NCBI GenBank assembly: GCA_045863335.1
Contig: BTVY01000013.1
Coordinates: 1 to 64,000, forward strand
Origin: Candidatus Hydrogenedentota bacterium
GTDB taxonomy: Bacteria > Hydrogenedentota > Hydrogenedentia > Hydrogenedentales > SLHB01
Reading direction: 5' to 3'
DNA: 64,000 bases
A program made the translations under genes and the position numbers. Below, one piece after another: positions 17,728-27,289 of the stretch. The notes beneath the pieces were generated by a model. It did no database searches and had not been told where the DNA came from. It saw nothing but the letters and a program-made list of their open reading frames with translations. Each line of letters begins with the position of its first letter. The first letter of the stretch is position 1.

Positions 17728-19971
17728 ATGGCAACGGAGACTGCAGGCCTCGAGCAGGCAGCCGGTCAGGCGCCCCGCGAGAACCAGTTCCGCTACATTT
17801 TGAATGTGGGACTGCGGCGGTGGCGCCTTATCGCCCTGTTCACGATCGCCGCCTCCGTCGGCTACGGCTTCTTCGGGCTGTTCCAGTTCGAGTACGAACC
17901 GCAATTCGTCGGGTCTGCGCAGTTGCGGGTGGAGCAGTCGCCTTGGGAAAAGGACCTGCTCAAGGACGTGGGCGGAAAGCCCCTGTTTCTCAACACACCG
18001 CAGGCCCTGGTCGAGCGGGTCAGCCGACACGGACTCGCGGAGGATTTGACGCGCGCGCTGGTCCAGCAGGCGATCGCGGACGGATTGCCGGGCGGCGCCA
18101 TCTCGTCGGAAGAAGAGTTTTTCGCCAAGGTCGCCGAGATGGAGACCCGGGTCAATGTGGAGCCGCTCCCTGACGCGGGCATGATCCAAATCACGTCGAT
18201 GGCGCCCACCCAACAGGAAGCAAAACGAATTGCCGAATTCGCTTCGCGCGTCTTCATCGACCGGAACCGCCAGTTTCTCCTGGAAGAAGAGGAGGAGACC
18301 CACGATTTCGTATTGCAGAAACTGGAAGACGTCCGGCAGGAACTCGATGCAGCGGACAGCCGCCTCTGGGAATTTCGCAAGGAGATGGGGTTCCGAACGA
18401 AGGACCAGGTATCTGCCGAAATTCAACAATTGACGGGGGAAGTTCTCAACGCCGAAACGACCCAGGAAGAGATCCGCGCCAAGATGGCGGGCATCGAAGA
18501 ACAGCTCGCCGCGAAGAACGAACAACTGCCCATGTCCATCGGGCAGATTTCGGACGACATCGTTACAGGCTTGCTGGAGGAATTGAACGAACTTCATCGG
18601 GAGCGCATTTCCCTCTCGGTAGTCTGGCAGCCGAACCAGGGGCCGTTGCGCGACCTGCAAGCGCGGATCGAGGAGAAGGAACAGGCGATTCTTCACGCGA
18701 TGCAAGAGGTCGACGCAGGTGTTGGCAGCGGAATGAATGTCTTCGAAGATCGTCGCAACCTTCGCAACCAGTACCTTGCGCTTCAGCTCCAGTTGACGTC
18801 GCTCGACATCCAGAGTTCAACGAACCGGCGTTTGATCAACGAGCTTGAGCAACTCATTCCCATGTTGTCGGAGATGGACAAGGACTACCAGAACCTGTTG
18901 CGCGAAGCCGATCAGTTGCGGAAGCAGTTCGACGCGCTGCTCGAAAAGCGGCTGCAGATCGCCACCGGCCTGAACCGGGAGCAAGGCTACGTGGAACGGC
19001 AAACGGTTGCGACGGCCAGCGCGGCGCCCATGGACCAGCGGGTCAAGCCCTGGATGAATTTCGTGATTGGCGCGTTCGTCGGTCTGGTCATTGGGTTCGG
19101 TCTGGCGGTAATGGCCGAAATGAACGACACGTCAATCCGTTCCATCGAAGACGTCACCGACTACATCGGCCTGGACGTCATCGGCACAATTCCGCAGATG
19201 CGATTCGGAAAAGCCAAGACGCAGCGGCGCGGCGACTACGTTGTCATGACAGACGAAGGAAACGTGGATGCCTGCATCGTGACGCAGCACGATCCCAAAT
19301 CGCCCATCTCGGAAGCGTACCGCACCCTGCGCACGACCTTTCAGTTAGCGACACTTCATCAGAAACCCAAGACCGTCATGGTCACCAGTTCGGTCCCCGC
19401 AGAGGGCAAGACGACAACGGCTGTCAACATGGCGGTTACCTTCGCGGACAGCGGATTACGCGTGCTCGTCGTCGACACGGACTTGCGCCGGCCCCACGTA
19501 CACCACGTGTTGCGCATGGAACGGGGACCCGGCCTGGCGGATGTGCTCCGCGAGGGGTACGACGTGCACACGGTCATTCGTCCAACTCGCGTGGAGAACC
19601 TCTGGATCATTTCCAGCGGCCGTGTGCCGCCAAACCCGTCGGAACTGATCGGTTCGGATCGCATGAAAAAACTGCTCGAACAGCTCGGCGCCGAGTTTGA
19701 TTTGGTCATCTGCGATGCGCCGTCCATGCTCGTCGTCACCGACCCCGTTCTGCTGGCGACCGAAGTCGATACGGTGGTTCACGTGGTCTCCGCCGACCAC
19801 GCGCGGCGTGAGACGGTCATGCGCGGGAAGAAACTTCTCGAGACGGCCCGCGCGAATATTGCGGGCGTGGTGCTCAACAACCTCAAGGCGACCCGCCGTC
19901 ACTACTACTATTACTATTACTACTACGACGAATCCGCGTCAGAGAAGCCGAAGCGGTGGTACTATTTCTGA
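17728..19971 (+). CDS. wzc: Wzc-type polysaccharide co-polymerase / tyrosine autokinase
   Basis: Two TMs flanking a coiled-coil periplasmic domain; SEAYRTLRT, Walker A PAEGKTT, VDTDLRRP, PPNPSEL, ICDAP; C-terminal run of 8 Tyr. Confidence 0.93.
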   Translation: MATETAGLEQAAGQAPRENQFRYILNVGLRRWRLIALFTIAASVGYGFFGLFQFEYEPQFVGSAQLRVEQSPWEKDLLKDVGGKPLFLNTPQALVERVSRHGLAEDLTRALVQQAIADGLPGGAISSEEEFFAKVAEMETRVNVEPLPDAGMIQITSMAPTQQEAKRIAEFASRVFIDRNRQFLLEEEEETHDFVLQKLEDVRQELDAADSRLWEFRKEMGFRTKDQVSAEIQQLTGEVLNAETTQEEIRAKMAGIEEQLAAKNEQLPMSIGQISDDIVTGLLEELNELHRERISLSVVWQPNQGPLRDLQARIEEKEQAILHAMQEVDAGVGSGMNVFEDRRNLRNQYLALQLQLTSLDIQSSTNRRLINELEQLIPMLSEMDKDYQNLLREADQLRKQFDALLEKRLQIATGLNREQGYVERQTVATASAAPMDQRVKPWMNFVIGAFVGLVIGFGLAVMAEMNDTSIRSIEDVTDYIGLDVIGTIPQMRFGKAKTQRRGDYVVMTDEGNVDACIVTQHDPKSPISEAYRTLRTTFQLATLHQKPKTVMVTSSVPAEGKTTTAVNMAVTFADSGLRVLVVDTDLRRPHVHHVLRMERGPGLADVLREGYDVHTVIRPTRVENLWIISSGRVPPNPSELIGSDRMKKLLEQLGAEFDLVICDAPSMLVVTDPVLLATEVDTVVHVVSADHARRETVMRGKKLLETARANIAGVVLNNLKATRRHYYYYYYYYDESASEKPKRWYYF

Positions 19972-20036
19972 TCGCCCGTACGGGCGATGCGCGCGGGTTT
20001 GAATTCACGGATCTTTCGTTGTTGGAGACCTAACCG

Positions 20037-21551
20037 GTGGCTCTGTTTCAGCGCTCCCAGTACGGCGTAGGCCGCGGTGAAGTAGCCGAAAGTCACGTCG
20101 AGTTTCCTTTCTTCGTGGCCTTCATGCTGGCGTCGGCTATCGGGCTGCTCGTTCTCCACACGGTTGTCCAGAACCTTACCATCACCATCGCGGTCGGGGT
20201 GAGTCTTCTCATCTTCGGGCTTACCATCCTGCGCGTCGAGCTGGGTGTGTTCTTCCTGGTCATCGCCATGCTCCTCTCTCCCGAGATTGAGGCGGGCGAA
20301 GTCGGCATGGGCAATCGAATTCTGAACCTCCGCTACAACGACGGGCTGATCATCGTCGTATTCGTCGGGGTGCTGGTAAAGACCGCCTTTGAAGGCGACC
20401 GGGCGATCTGGATACCCAGCCCGATCAACCCCGCAATTGGCCTGTACTACGGCGTTTGTCTCTTATCGACCATGTTCGCCTTCCGAGCTTCGCTTCCACT
20501 GTTCGACAAGAAGGAAGCGCTCTTCACACTGCTGAAGATGGCCGAGTTCTACATGATCTTCATCCTCGTGGGTACGGCCGTTCGAAACCTGCGCCAGGTG
20601 CGAAGCCAGCTCGTTGTGTTTTTTGGCGTGGCAATTGTCGTGTCGCTGTTTGGACTGTATACCCGGTTTCTCACTGGCATGGAACGCGTGAGCGCGCCGT
20701 TCGAGCAGGGCGGCACGGAGCCCAACACGCTCGGCGGCTATCTGGTAATGGCCATGTGCGTCGCGGCGTCCCTCTATACCCAGGCCCCGACCCCAAAGTT
20801 GCGCCGGGCCATGCTCCTCCTCGCACTAGTTCCGTTCTTTCCATTTCTGTTTACTTTGTCGCGCGCGTCGTACCTCGCGTTTATCGCAGGTTTGCTTGCT
20901 TTAGGTATTGCTTCGCGCAGGATGTCTATCATCGTGGCCGTTGCCGCGGTGTTGATTGCATCTCCATTCATCATGCCGGAAGACGTGAAGGACCGCGTCA
21001 ACTACACATTTCAACGCGGCAGCGGCAAGGAAGTCGCCATCGGCGGATACGAGACCGGCCTTGAAGTGGACAAGTCCACGCACGAACGCATCTACGTTTG
21101 GCAGAAAGTCCGGTACAATCTCCGTGTCTGGCCGTGGTTGGGCGGAGGCGTGTCCTGGGATCGCGTGCTCGACAGTCAGTACGCGCGAGTCCTCATCGAA
21201 TCCGGTGTTCTGGGATTCATCGCATTCATCTTCCTCCAGATGCGTCAGTTGAAAACCACACGTGAAGGCTATCAATGGTCCAGCGATTGGGTGGCGCGCG
21301 GCGTATCGCTCGGGGCCTTCGTGACGACAATAGCGCTCATTGTGCATTCTTTAGGAACGATCTCCTTTCTGATCGTCCGCATCATGGAGCCGTATTGGTT
21401 CCTCGTGGCGCTCGCCGTAGTCAGCCGGACCATTGCCATTGAGGACTATATTCGAGCCAAACGAACCGCGGCCGCCGCTGTGGCGCCCACGACAGTCCAG
21501 CGTCCGCTTCGACCCGCCCCCGGGACCGCGCGGGTGGCAACCCCGCTTTGA
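20037..21551 (+). CDS. O-antigen ligase / Wzy-like polysaccharide polymerase family membrane protein
   Basis: ~12 TM; EPNTLGGYL, TLSRASYL, ER..VW, DSQY.RVLIESGVLG. Confidence 0.82.
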   Translation: MALFQRSQYGVGRGEVAESHVEFPFFVAFMLASAIGLLVLHTVVQNLTITIAVGVSLLIFGLTILRVELGVFFLVIAMLLSPEIEAGEVGMGNRILNLRYNDGLIIVVFVGVLVKTAFEGDRAIWIPSPINPAIGLYYGVCLLSTMFAFRASLPLFDKKEALFTLLKMAEFYMIFILVGTAVRNLRQVRSQLVVFFGVAIVVSLFGLYTRFLTGMERVSAPFEQGGTEPNTLGGYLVMAMCVAASLYTQAPTPKLRRAMLLLALVPFFPFLFTLSRASYLAFIAGLLALGIASRRMSIIVAVAAVLIASPFIMPEDVKDRVNYTFQRGSGKEVAIGGYETGLEVDKSTHERIYVWQKVRYNLRVWPWLGGGVSWDRVLDSQYARVLIESGVLGFIAFIFLQMRQLKTTREGYQWSSDWVARGVSLGAFVTTIALIVHSLGTISFLIVRIMEPYWFLVALAVVSRTIAIEDYIRAKRTAAAAVAPTTVQRPLRPAPGTARVATPL

Positions 21552-21670
21552 TTTCTACGTCCAACCCATTATCTGAAGCGACTCTTGCCTTTGATTTCGT
21601 GCTATGCTGAATCTATCTATTGTCCCGGTGACCTTTGCTTGACCCTTATCAACTATGGAGGAATGCACCT

Positions 21671-22270
21671 ATGCTTACGAGAATTCAGATCGCGGTTTGC
21701 GCGGTGTTCGCATTGAGTGCGACGGTCGCGGCGTTGGCGGAAGAAAAGTCAAAGGAGACGCTGGAGGCGCCGAAGGTAGGAGACCAGGCGCCGGACTTTG
21801 CGCTGCCGAAAGCCAAAGAGGAAGCGGCAACGCAAGGCGACTCAGTACCGCAGAAGCTTTCCGACTTTAAGGGTAAGAAGAACGTGCTCATTGCGTTCTA
21901 CCCCAAGGCAGACACGCCGGGCTGTACGAAGCAGTTGTGCGGATACCGCGATGACATCGAGAAACTCCAGGGAATAGATACGGAAGTCATCGCGATCAGC
22001 ACGGACGAGCAGAAGGACAGCGACCTGTTCCGGGACAAGTTCACCATGCCGTTCACCGTATTGGGCAATCCGGACCAGGCTATTGTGAAAGCCTATGGCG
22101 TGCCCCTGATGGAGCGCGGGGAGAATCAATACGCGCAACGATCCGTCTTCCTGGTGGACAAGGAAGGCGTCCTGCGCTACATCGATTTGGAATACGACAT
22201 TGCAGCGGACAAAGAGCCGCTTTATGCCGCCATGGAATCGCTTAACGACTCCAATGAAGCGGACGGGTGA
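21671..22270 (+). CDS. Exported peroxiredoxin (BCP/AhpC-TSA family)
   Basis: Signal peptide; GDQAPDF, FYPKADTPGCTKQLC, RSVFLVDKEG; GGAGG RBS. Confidence 0.9.
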   Translation: MLTRIQIAVCAVFALSATVAALAEEKSKETLEAPKVGDQAPDFALPKAKEEAATQGDSVPQKLSDFKGKKNVLIAFYPKADTPGCTKQLCGYRDDIEKLQGIDTEVIAISTDEQKDSDLFRDKFTMPFTVLGNPDQAIVKAYGVPLMERGENQYAQRSVFLVDKEGVLRYIDLEYDIAADKEPLYAAMESLNDSNEADG

Positions 22271-22274
22271 CCGG

Positions 22275-23387
22275 TCAACCGCCTACTACCGATGGACGCT
22301 GCTGCTGGATGATGGATTGACCGGACTCGTACATGGACGGATCGGGCAGTTTGTTTTCGTAGATCTCGACACCTCGCTGCTCCCGCAGCATGTCCATCAT
22401 GCGCGCATAGAGTATGTCGCGCATCATGTCCGGCTTGGCTTCCTCGAGCGTCTTCTGAATCGCGGACGTGTGGTCCGTGACCCGGCAGACAAGCAGCCCG
22501 TCGGGAAGCTGCGCGGCAACGGCGTTGCCCTGCGCGTTTCGCCGAATCGCCTGCCAGCCCGTGATGTAGATGGGCCCGAGGATATCGCCCGTTTGCGCGC
22601 CGGAGGCCTGCTGCCAGAAACCAGCATATTTTGCGTTCATGGGATCGTTTTCCAGGCCCGACTCGAGCACTTGGGCGTTGAGGTGGCTATATTCATCCAC
22701 CAGCGCCTCGACATCGGTGCCGGACGCGAGCTTGGCGCGAATCGCCGCCGCGGCTTGCACGATCGTCTCCGAAGAACCTGGGATCAGGACGCCCCTGAAG
22801 GCAAGCCGTTCGAAGTGTTTCAGCTCGTCCTTCCGCATCTCGTATTCTTCCTGGAACTCTTCTTCCGTCGGCTTTAGCGCGCCGCTCTCCACGGACTCCT
22901 GGATCTTTACAAACACGGCCTGCTCCGCTTCGAGCCGGCGCACTTCCTCGTCGATGAGGTACTCCTGTTCTTCCTTAAAGTACCGCTCGTCTCCGGCTTG
23001 ACCGCCGTACTCTTCGGGATTTTGAATGTTGAGGAACTGCTCAGGATTCTTGGCGCGGGCGACCTCGCGGGCCAACTCGCGATCCACGTGAATCTTGCCT
23101 TGCTCGCGCAGTTGCTCGGCCAAGTCCTCCTTGAGGGTTTGATTAATATAGCTTTCGAGCGCGCGAAGGACGTCGCCGCGGGTCCGGATAATGGGCCGTT
23201 CGTCGGGCGACATTTCACGAATCACCTTGGCCAAGTCGCCGCGGGTGATGTACTCGTCGTCAATCTTCGCAATGCGAATGCGGTCCTTATCGGCGATGTA
23301 GCCGCAACCTGCTGCCAGGATCAGAACCATCGGAAGCCAACGTAACGTTCGGAGGGATTTCATGAATTTCACAGCCGATTTCTCCAC
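22275..23387 (-). CDS. PrsA/SurA-like parvulin foldase lipoprotein (degenerate PPIase domain)
   Basis: LAAGC lipobox; IAKIDDEYITRGDL; GDILGPI; KTLEEAKPD; start may be 23363. Confidence 0.7.
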   Translation of the reverse strand: MEKSAVKFMKSLRTLRWLPMVLILAAGCGYIADKDRIRIAKIDDEYITRGDLAKVIREMSPDERPIIRTRGDVLRALESYINQTLKEDLAEQLREQGKIHVDRELAREVARAKNPEQFLNIQNPEEYGGQAGDERYFKEEQEYLIDEEVRRLEAEQAVFVKIQESVESGALKPTEEEFQEEYEMRKDELKHFERLAFRGVLIPGSSETIVQAAAAIRAKLASGTDVEALVDEYSHLNAQVLESGLENDPMNAKYAGFWQQASGAQTGDILGPIYITGWQAIRRNAQGNAVAAQLPDGLLVCRVTDHTSAIQKTLEEAKPDMMRDILYARMMDMLREQRGVEIYENKLPDPSMYESGQSIIQQQRPSVVGG

Positions 23388-23446
23388 GACTTGATACCTC
23401 GATAGTCACTGTCCATCAGTGTAGCATTTGCCGGCAAGGCGGACAA

Positions 23447-23476
23447 CGAGCCGGCAGTTGGCGAGCCGGCAGTTGG
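23447..23476. repeat. Perfect 15-bp tandem duplication
   Basis: CGAGCCGGCAGTTGG x2 in a divergent intergenic region. Confidence 0.85.
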
Positions 23477-23567
23477 CCACAGCTTGAAGGACTATGCCAT
23501 GCTTGAAAAACCTTGTAGGCATGTGACACACCACGATGGAGGGGAACCGCGCTGTGGAGTTAAAAGC

Positions 23568-26006
23568 ATGACTCGAATCGCAATTGGCGCAGTCATCGTA
23601 AGCATCCTGCTGGGCGGGCTCGTACCGTGTGAGGCCGAACCTCCCGCGGAAGACGCCTGGAAACTCTGGTATACCCAGCCTGCGGAACGGTGGATGGATT
23701 CCGTGCCCGTGGGCAACGGACGCGTTGGCGCCATGGTATTCGGCGGCGTGGAGCGGGAACGCATCGCCTTGAACGAGTCAACCGTATGGTCGGGCGAGCC
23801 GCGCGACGATCACGAAAACCCCGAGGCCCTGGCGCATCTCGACGAAATTCGCGAAGCGATCTTCGAAGGCCGTTACGCTGAGGCGGACCAACTCAGCAAA
23901 CAGTATCTCATGGGCCGTCAAACAAATTTTGGCACTCACCTGCCCATGGGCGATCTTTTTCTGGACTTCGACCACGGCGACGCCACGATCGAAGAGTACC
24001 GTCGCGAGCTGGACTTGGATCGCGCTATCGCGACCACGACATACCGCGCCGGCGACGCGCGGTTTACGCGCGAAGTCTTCGCGACGAATGTCGACGATCT
24101 CCTGGTGATACGATTGACCTGCGACCAGCCGGGCCGAATCTCGTTTACCGCCGGCCTCGATTGCGGCAACAAACCGTGGCAGCTTCGCAAGGAGCACGAC
24201 GAGTCGCTCATTATTGCGGGGGACGCGCACGAGACCCGGCACAGCGATGGAACCTGCGGGGTTCACTTCCGCGGACAGGTCACTGTCCAACTCGACGGCG
24301 GGCGTTTCGTTTCTGCTGATGATCGCGTCGTCGTGGAGGATGCGGATGCCGCCACGGTGCTCGTGGCGATCAATACAGACTACCAAGGCCGCGATCCGCT
24401 GACCTTATGCCGGTCGCAGATTCTTGAAGGCATCAACAAGCCGTACGAGCAGATGCGCGCGGACCATGTCGCCGATCATCAGGCCCTGTTCCGCCGGGTC
24501 GACATCGATCTCGGTATGACCGACGCCGCCCAATTGCCGACCGATCAACGGTGGGAAAAATTCCGGCAGGGCGGCGACGATCCGCAACTCATCGCGACGT
24601 TCTTCCAGTACGGGCGCTACCTGCTCATCGCCGGTTCTCGCGAGAACTCGCCCCTGCCCATGAACCTGCAAGGCATCTGGAACGACAACCTCGCCTGCCA
24701 GATGGGGTGGACCTGCGACTATCACATGGACATCAACACGCAGCAAAACTATTGGCCCGCGGAGGTCGGCAATCTTCCCGAGTGCCATGAGCCCCTCTTC
24801 CGCTTGATCGAATCGCTGCGGGAACCCGGCCGCCGCACGGCGCGGAAAACCTACGGCTGCGACGGCTGGGTTTGCCACATTTTCACCAACGCGTGGGGGT
24901 TCACCTCACAGGGACGAAGCCTCGGTTGGGGCGCCTTCGTCACCGGCGGCGTGTGGCTCGCATCGCACCTGTGGGACCACTACGAGTTTACGCAGGACCG
25001 CGAGTTCCTCGCGCAACGCGCCTATCCGGTGCTGAAGGAATCCGCCGAGTTCTTCCTGGAGTATATGGTCGAGCACCCGGAATACGGTTGGCTCGTCACC
25101 GGTCCTTCGCCCTCGCCGGAGAACCATTTCTACGCCCCCGATGGATCGCGTTGCAGCGAGACCATGGGCCCCACCTGCGACATCGTGCTCGTGCGCGACC
25201 TCTTCGCCCATTGCATTGAAGCGAGCCGCATTCTGGACGATGACCCCGCCTTCCGGGCGAAGCTCGAAGCCGCTCTCGAAAAGCTACCGCCCTTTCAAAT
25301 CGGCAAGTACGGGCAATTGCAGGAGTGGCTGGAAGATTTCGAAGAAGCGCTCCCGAATCATCGCACGACGAGTCACTTGCTTGCGCTCTATCCCAGCGAT
25401 CAGATCACACCGCGCACAACGCCGGAACTCGCGAAGGCCTGCCGCGTGACTATCGACAGGCGCGTCAACCGTCCGGACTGGGAAGACGTGGAATGGAGCC
25501 GCGCCAACCTCATCAACTTCCATGCGCGGCTCTTCAATCCGGAGTTGGCCTACGAAAGCGTGCGCATCCTGCTTCAGAACCACACGGACAAAAACCTGCT
25601 CACCTTCTCCGCCGCGGGCATCGCCGGCGCAAAGGAGAACATCTTCATCATCGACGGCAACTCTGGCGGCACGGCAGGCATCGCGGAAATGCTGTTGCAA
25701 AGCTACGGCGGGGAGATTCAGTTGCTGCCCGCGCTGCCGAAGGCGTGGGCCAACGGTCACGTCAAAGGGCTTCGCGCCCGCGGCGGGTTTGAAGTGGACA
25801 TGACCTGGAACGAGGGCCGCCTTGCATCAAGCACCATCCACGCCACCGTCGACGGCCCTTGCCGAGTGCGTTCACCGCAACCGCTGCAGTTCGAAGGAGA
25901 GACGACTAAAGCTGCTCGCCCGGAATCGAATGTCGTGACGTTTACCATGAAGGCGGGCGAACAAGTTCGTCTCGCTCCGACAATTGGCCAGACGGATCTG
26001 CCATAA
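23568..26006 (+). CDS. Glycoside hydrolase family 95 (alpha-L-fucosidase-like), secreted
   Basis: [68 protein letters not shown]. Confidence 0.95.
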   Translation: MTRIAIGAVIVSILLGGLVPCEAEPPAEDAWKLWYTQPAERWMDSVPVGNGRVGAMVFGGVERERIALNESTVWSGEPRDDHENPEALAHLDEIREAIFEGRYAEADQLSKQYLMGRQTNFGTHLPMGDLFLDFDHGDATIEEYRRELDLDRAIATTTYRAGDARFTREVFATNVDDLLVIRLTCDQPGRISFTAGLDCGNKPWQLRKEHDESLIIAGDAHETRHSDGTCGVHFRGQVTVQLDGGRFVSADDRVVVEDADAATVLVAINTDYQGRDPLTLCRSQILEGINKPYEQMRADHVADHQALFRRVDIDLGMTDAAQLPTDQRWEKFRQGGDDPQLIATFFQYGRYLLIAGSRENSPLPMNLQGIWNDNLACQMGWTCDYHMDINTQQNYWPAEVGNLPECHEPLFRLIESLREPGRRTARKTYGCDGWVCHIFTNAWGFTSQGRSLGWGAFVTGGVWLASHLWDHYEFTQDREFLAQRAYPVLKESAEFFLEYMVEHPEYGWLVTGPSPSPENHFYAPDGSRCSETMGPTCDIVLVRDLFAHCIEASRILDDDPAFRAKLEAALEKLPPFQIGKYGQLQEWLEDFEEALPNHRTTSHLLALYPSDQITPRTTPELAKACRVTIDRRVNRPDWEDVEWSRANLINFHARLFNPELAYESVRILLQNHTDKNLLTFSAAGIAGAKENIFIIDGNSGGTAGIAEMLLQSYGGEIQLLPALPKAWANGHVKGLRARGGFEVDMTWNEGRLASSTIHATVDGPCRVRSPQPLQFEGETTKAARPESNVVTFTMKAGEQVRLAPTIGQTDLP

Positions 26007-26205
26007 ACACGGTCTGTAGTTGGTACCGGCTCCTGCGCGGTTGCACTCTCGCCTTACATACCGGTCTATCGCCCGCATTGTGGGCTCTGTGCCTGTGGCG
26101 AGTGCCTCGTCCAAAGGTTCCGCTTCGCTCCATCACACTTATGGCGTGACTATCACCTGACGCCTTTGTCGAGGCTGTTGGAATCAATGACCGTGAACGT
26201 GAAGC

Positions 26206-26592
26206 TCACAATTCTACAGCGACGAAACCGTTTGCGTCCTCAGATTGCCTACGGAAGCCATACTCAAGAAGCGCGTCCTCGATTTCAGAAGTCCATCTCG
26301 CGCCGACAACACGGAGGATGGAGTACGGTGGATCGTGAGATACTTCGCCGTGATGCAGATCGACCTCCCCGAGTATGGACAAGAACCGCTCTTCCGGCGT
26401 CGCGGACTCGTCGTAGTTGAACGCCGTATACCCGTCGAGGTGGCTCTCGGGCCTTCGTTCTTTCCATAGCGCTTCACATGCGGCCCGATTCACCGCGGAT
26501 CCGATGATCCAAACCGGTTCACCACTCGGCAGCGCACGAAGTCTCTCGCCGTAAGAGTCATCAAGCACGACGTGAACAGAGTAGGCATTCAT
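26206..26592 (-). CDS. Hypothetical protein (128 aa)
   Basis: MNAYSVHVVLD start overlaps the upstream stop (ATGA); globular composition. Confidence 0.65.
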   Translation of the reverse strand: MNAYSVHVVLDDSYGERLRALPSGEPVWIIGSAVNRAACEALWKERRPESHLDGYTAFNYDESATPEERFLSILGEVDLHHGEVSHDPPYSILRVVGARWTSEIEDALLEYGFRRQSEDANGFVAVEL

Positions 26593-26969
26593 CTTCGTTC
26601 GTCTTCCAATTCCTTGATGCGCTCGCGCAGCCGCCGGTTTTCTTCCTGGAGTGATGTTTCCGCGGGCGCCTCTGGCCGCTTGGCCGTATTCACGATCTCG
26701 TCGTTCGTGAGATAGACCCCGCTCAACATGGACGTCTTCACATGTGCGCGGTGGGTGTTCCCCTGCTGGTCGCGGTAGACGATCTGATAGATGCGCGCGT
26801 CTTGCTCGCCGAACCAGCCGGGGCCGAACGGATCCCAACTGCGGTCGACCAGTTCCCAGCCGCGCTCGTTCACGTAGCGCTCCACACGATCCCCGTCAAA
26901 GGACCCCGCAGCCAGGCGAAGAAAGACGGCCACGATGACGATCCCGATCATTGCGAGGAACACTTCCAT
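26589..26969 (-). CDS. Small membrane-anchored protein with C-terminal coiled coil
   Basis: N-terminal TM, WDPFGPGWFGE motif, LQEENRRLRERIKELE; AAGGAG RBS. Confidence 0.75.
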   Translation of the reverse strand: MEVFLAMIGIVIVAVFLRLAAGSFDGDRVERYVNERGWELVDRSWDPFGPGWFGEQDARIYQIVYRDQQGNTHRAHVKTSMLSGVYLTNDEIVNTAKRPEAPAETSLQEENRRLRERIKELEDERR

Positions 26970-27191
26970 CTATTCTGCACTCCTTCCGGTAGAGCCGGCT
27001 GAGTCACGTACCCTGTACTAGAAGTGTGCCCCGAAACAATCCATAGGTCAAGTCAAATAGAGCGGGCATAATTTGTATACATATTGGACATAAAATGGAT
27101 AAATGCATTTCGCTGGAAACTGCGCCTCGTTTGATAAGAACTAGCTACAAATTGCTCTTATTTCGTCACTTATATATGGTTCTTCTTCCCT

Positions 27192-27207
27192 TGGCACCGC
27201 CTGTGCT
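27192..27207 (+). promoter_or_regulatory. Sigma54 (-24/-12) promoter
   Basis: TGGCAC-CGCCT-GTGCT with GG-N10-GC spacing; AT-rich upstream region. Confidence 0.65.
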
Positions 27208-27289
27208 TTCTCAAGTCAGTCAAAGTTAAAAACTTCAAACGGACCGAACGGGTTGGCACCGCCAGCCCCGCGGCTCAGGGGAACCGACA

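Noticed and set aside
23447-23476. Tandem 15-mer as a CRISPR remnant
   Set aside because: Two adjacent copies, no spacer, no cas genes
26007-26205. Possible integron attC site (CCGCTTCGCTCC) next to two small cassette-like genes
   Set aside because: Could not find matching RYYYAAC/GTTRRRY core sites or a long imperfect palindrome
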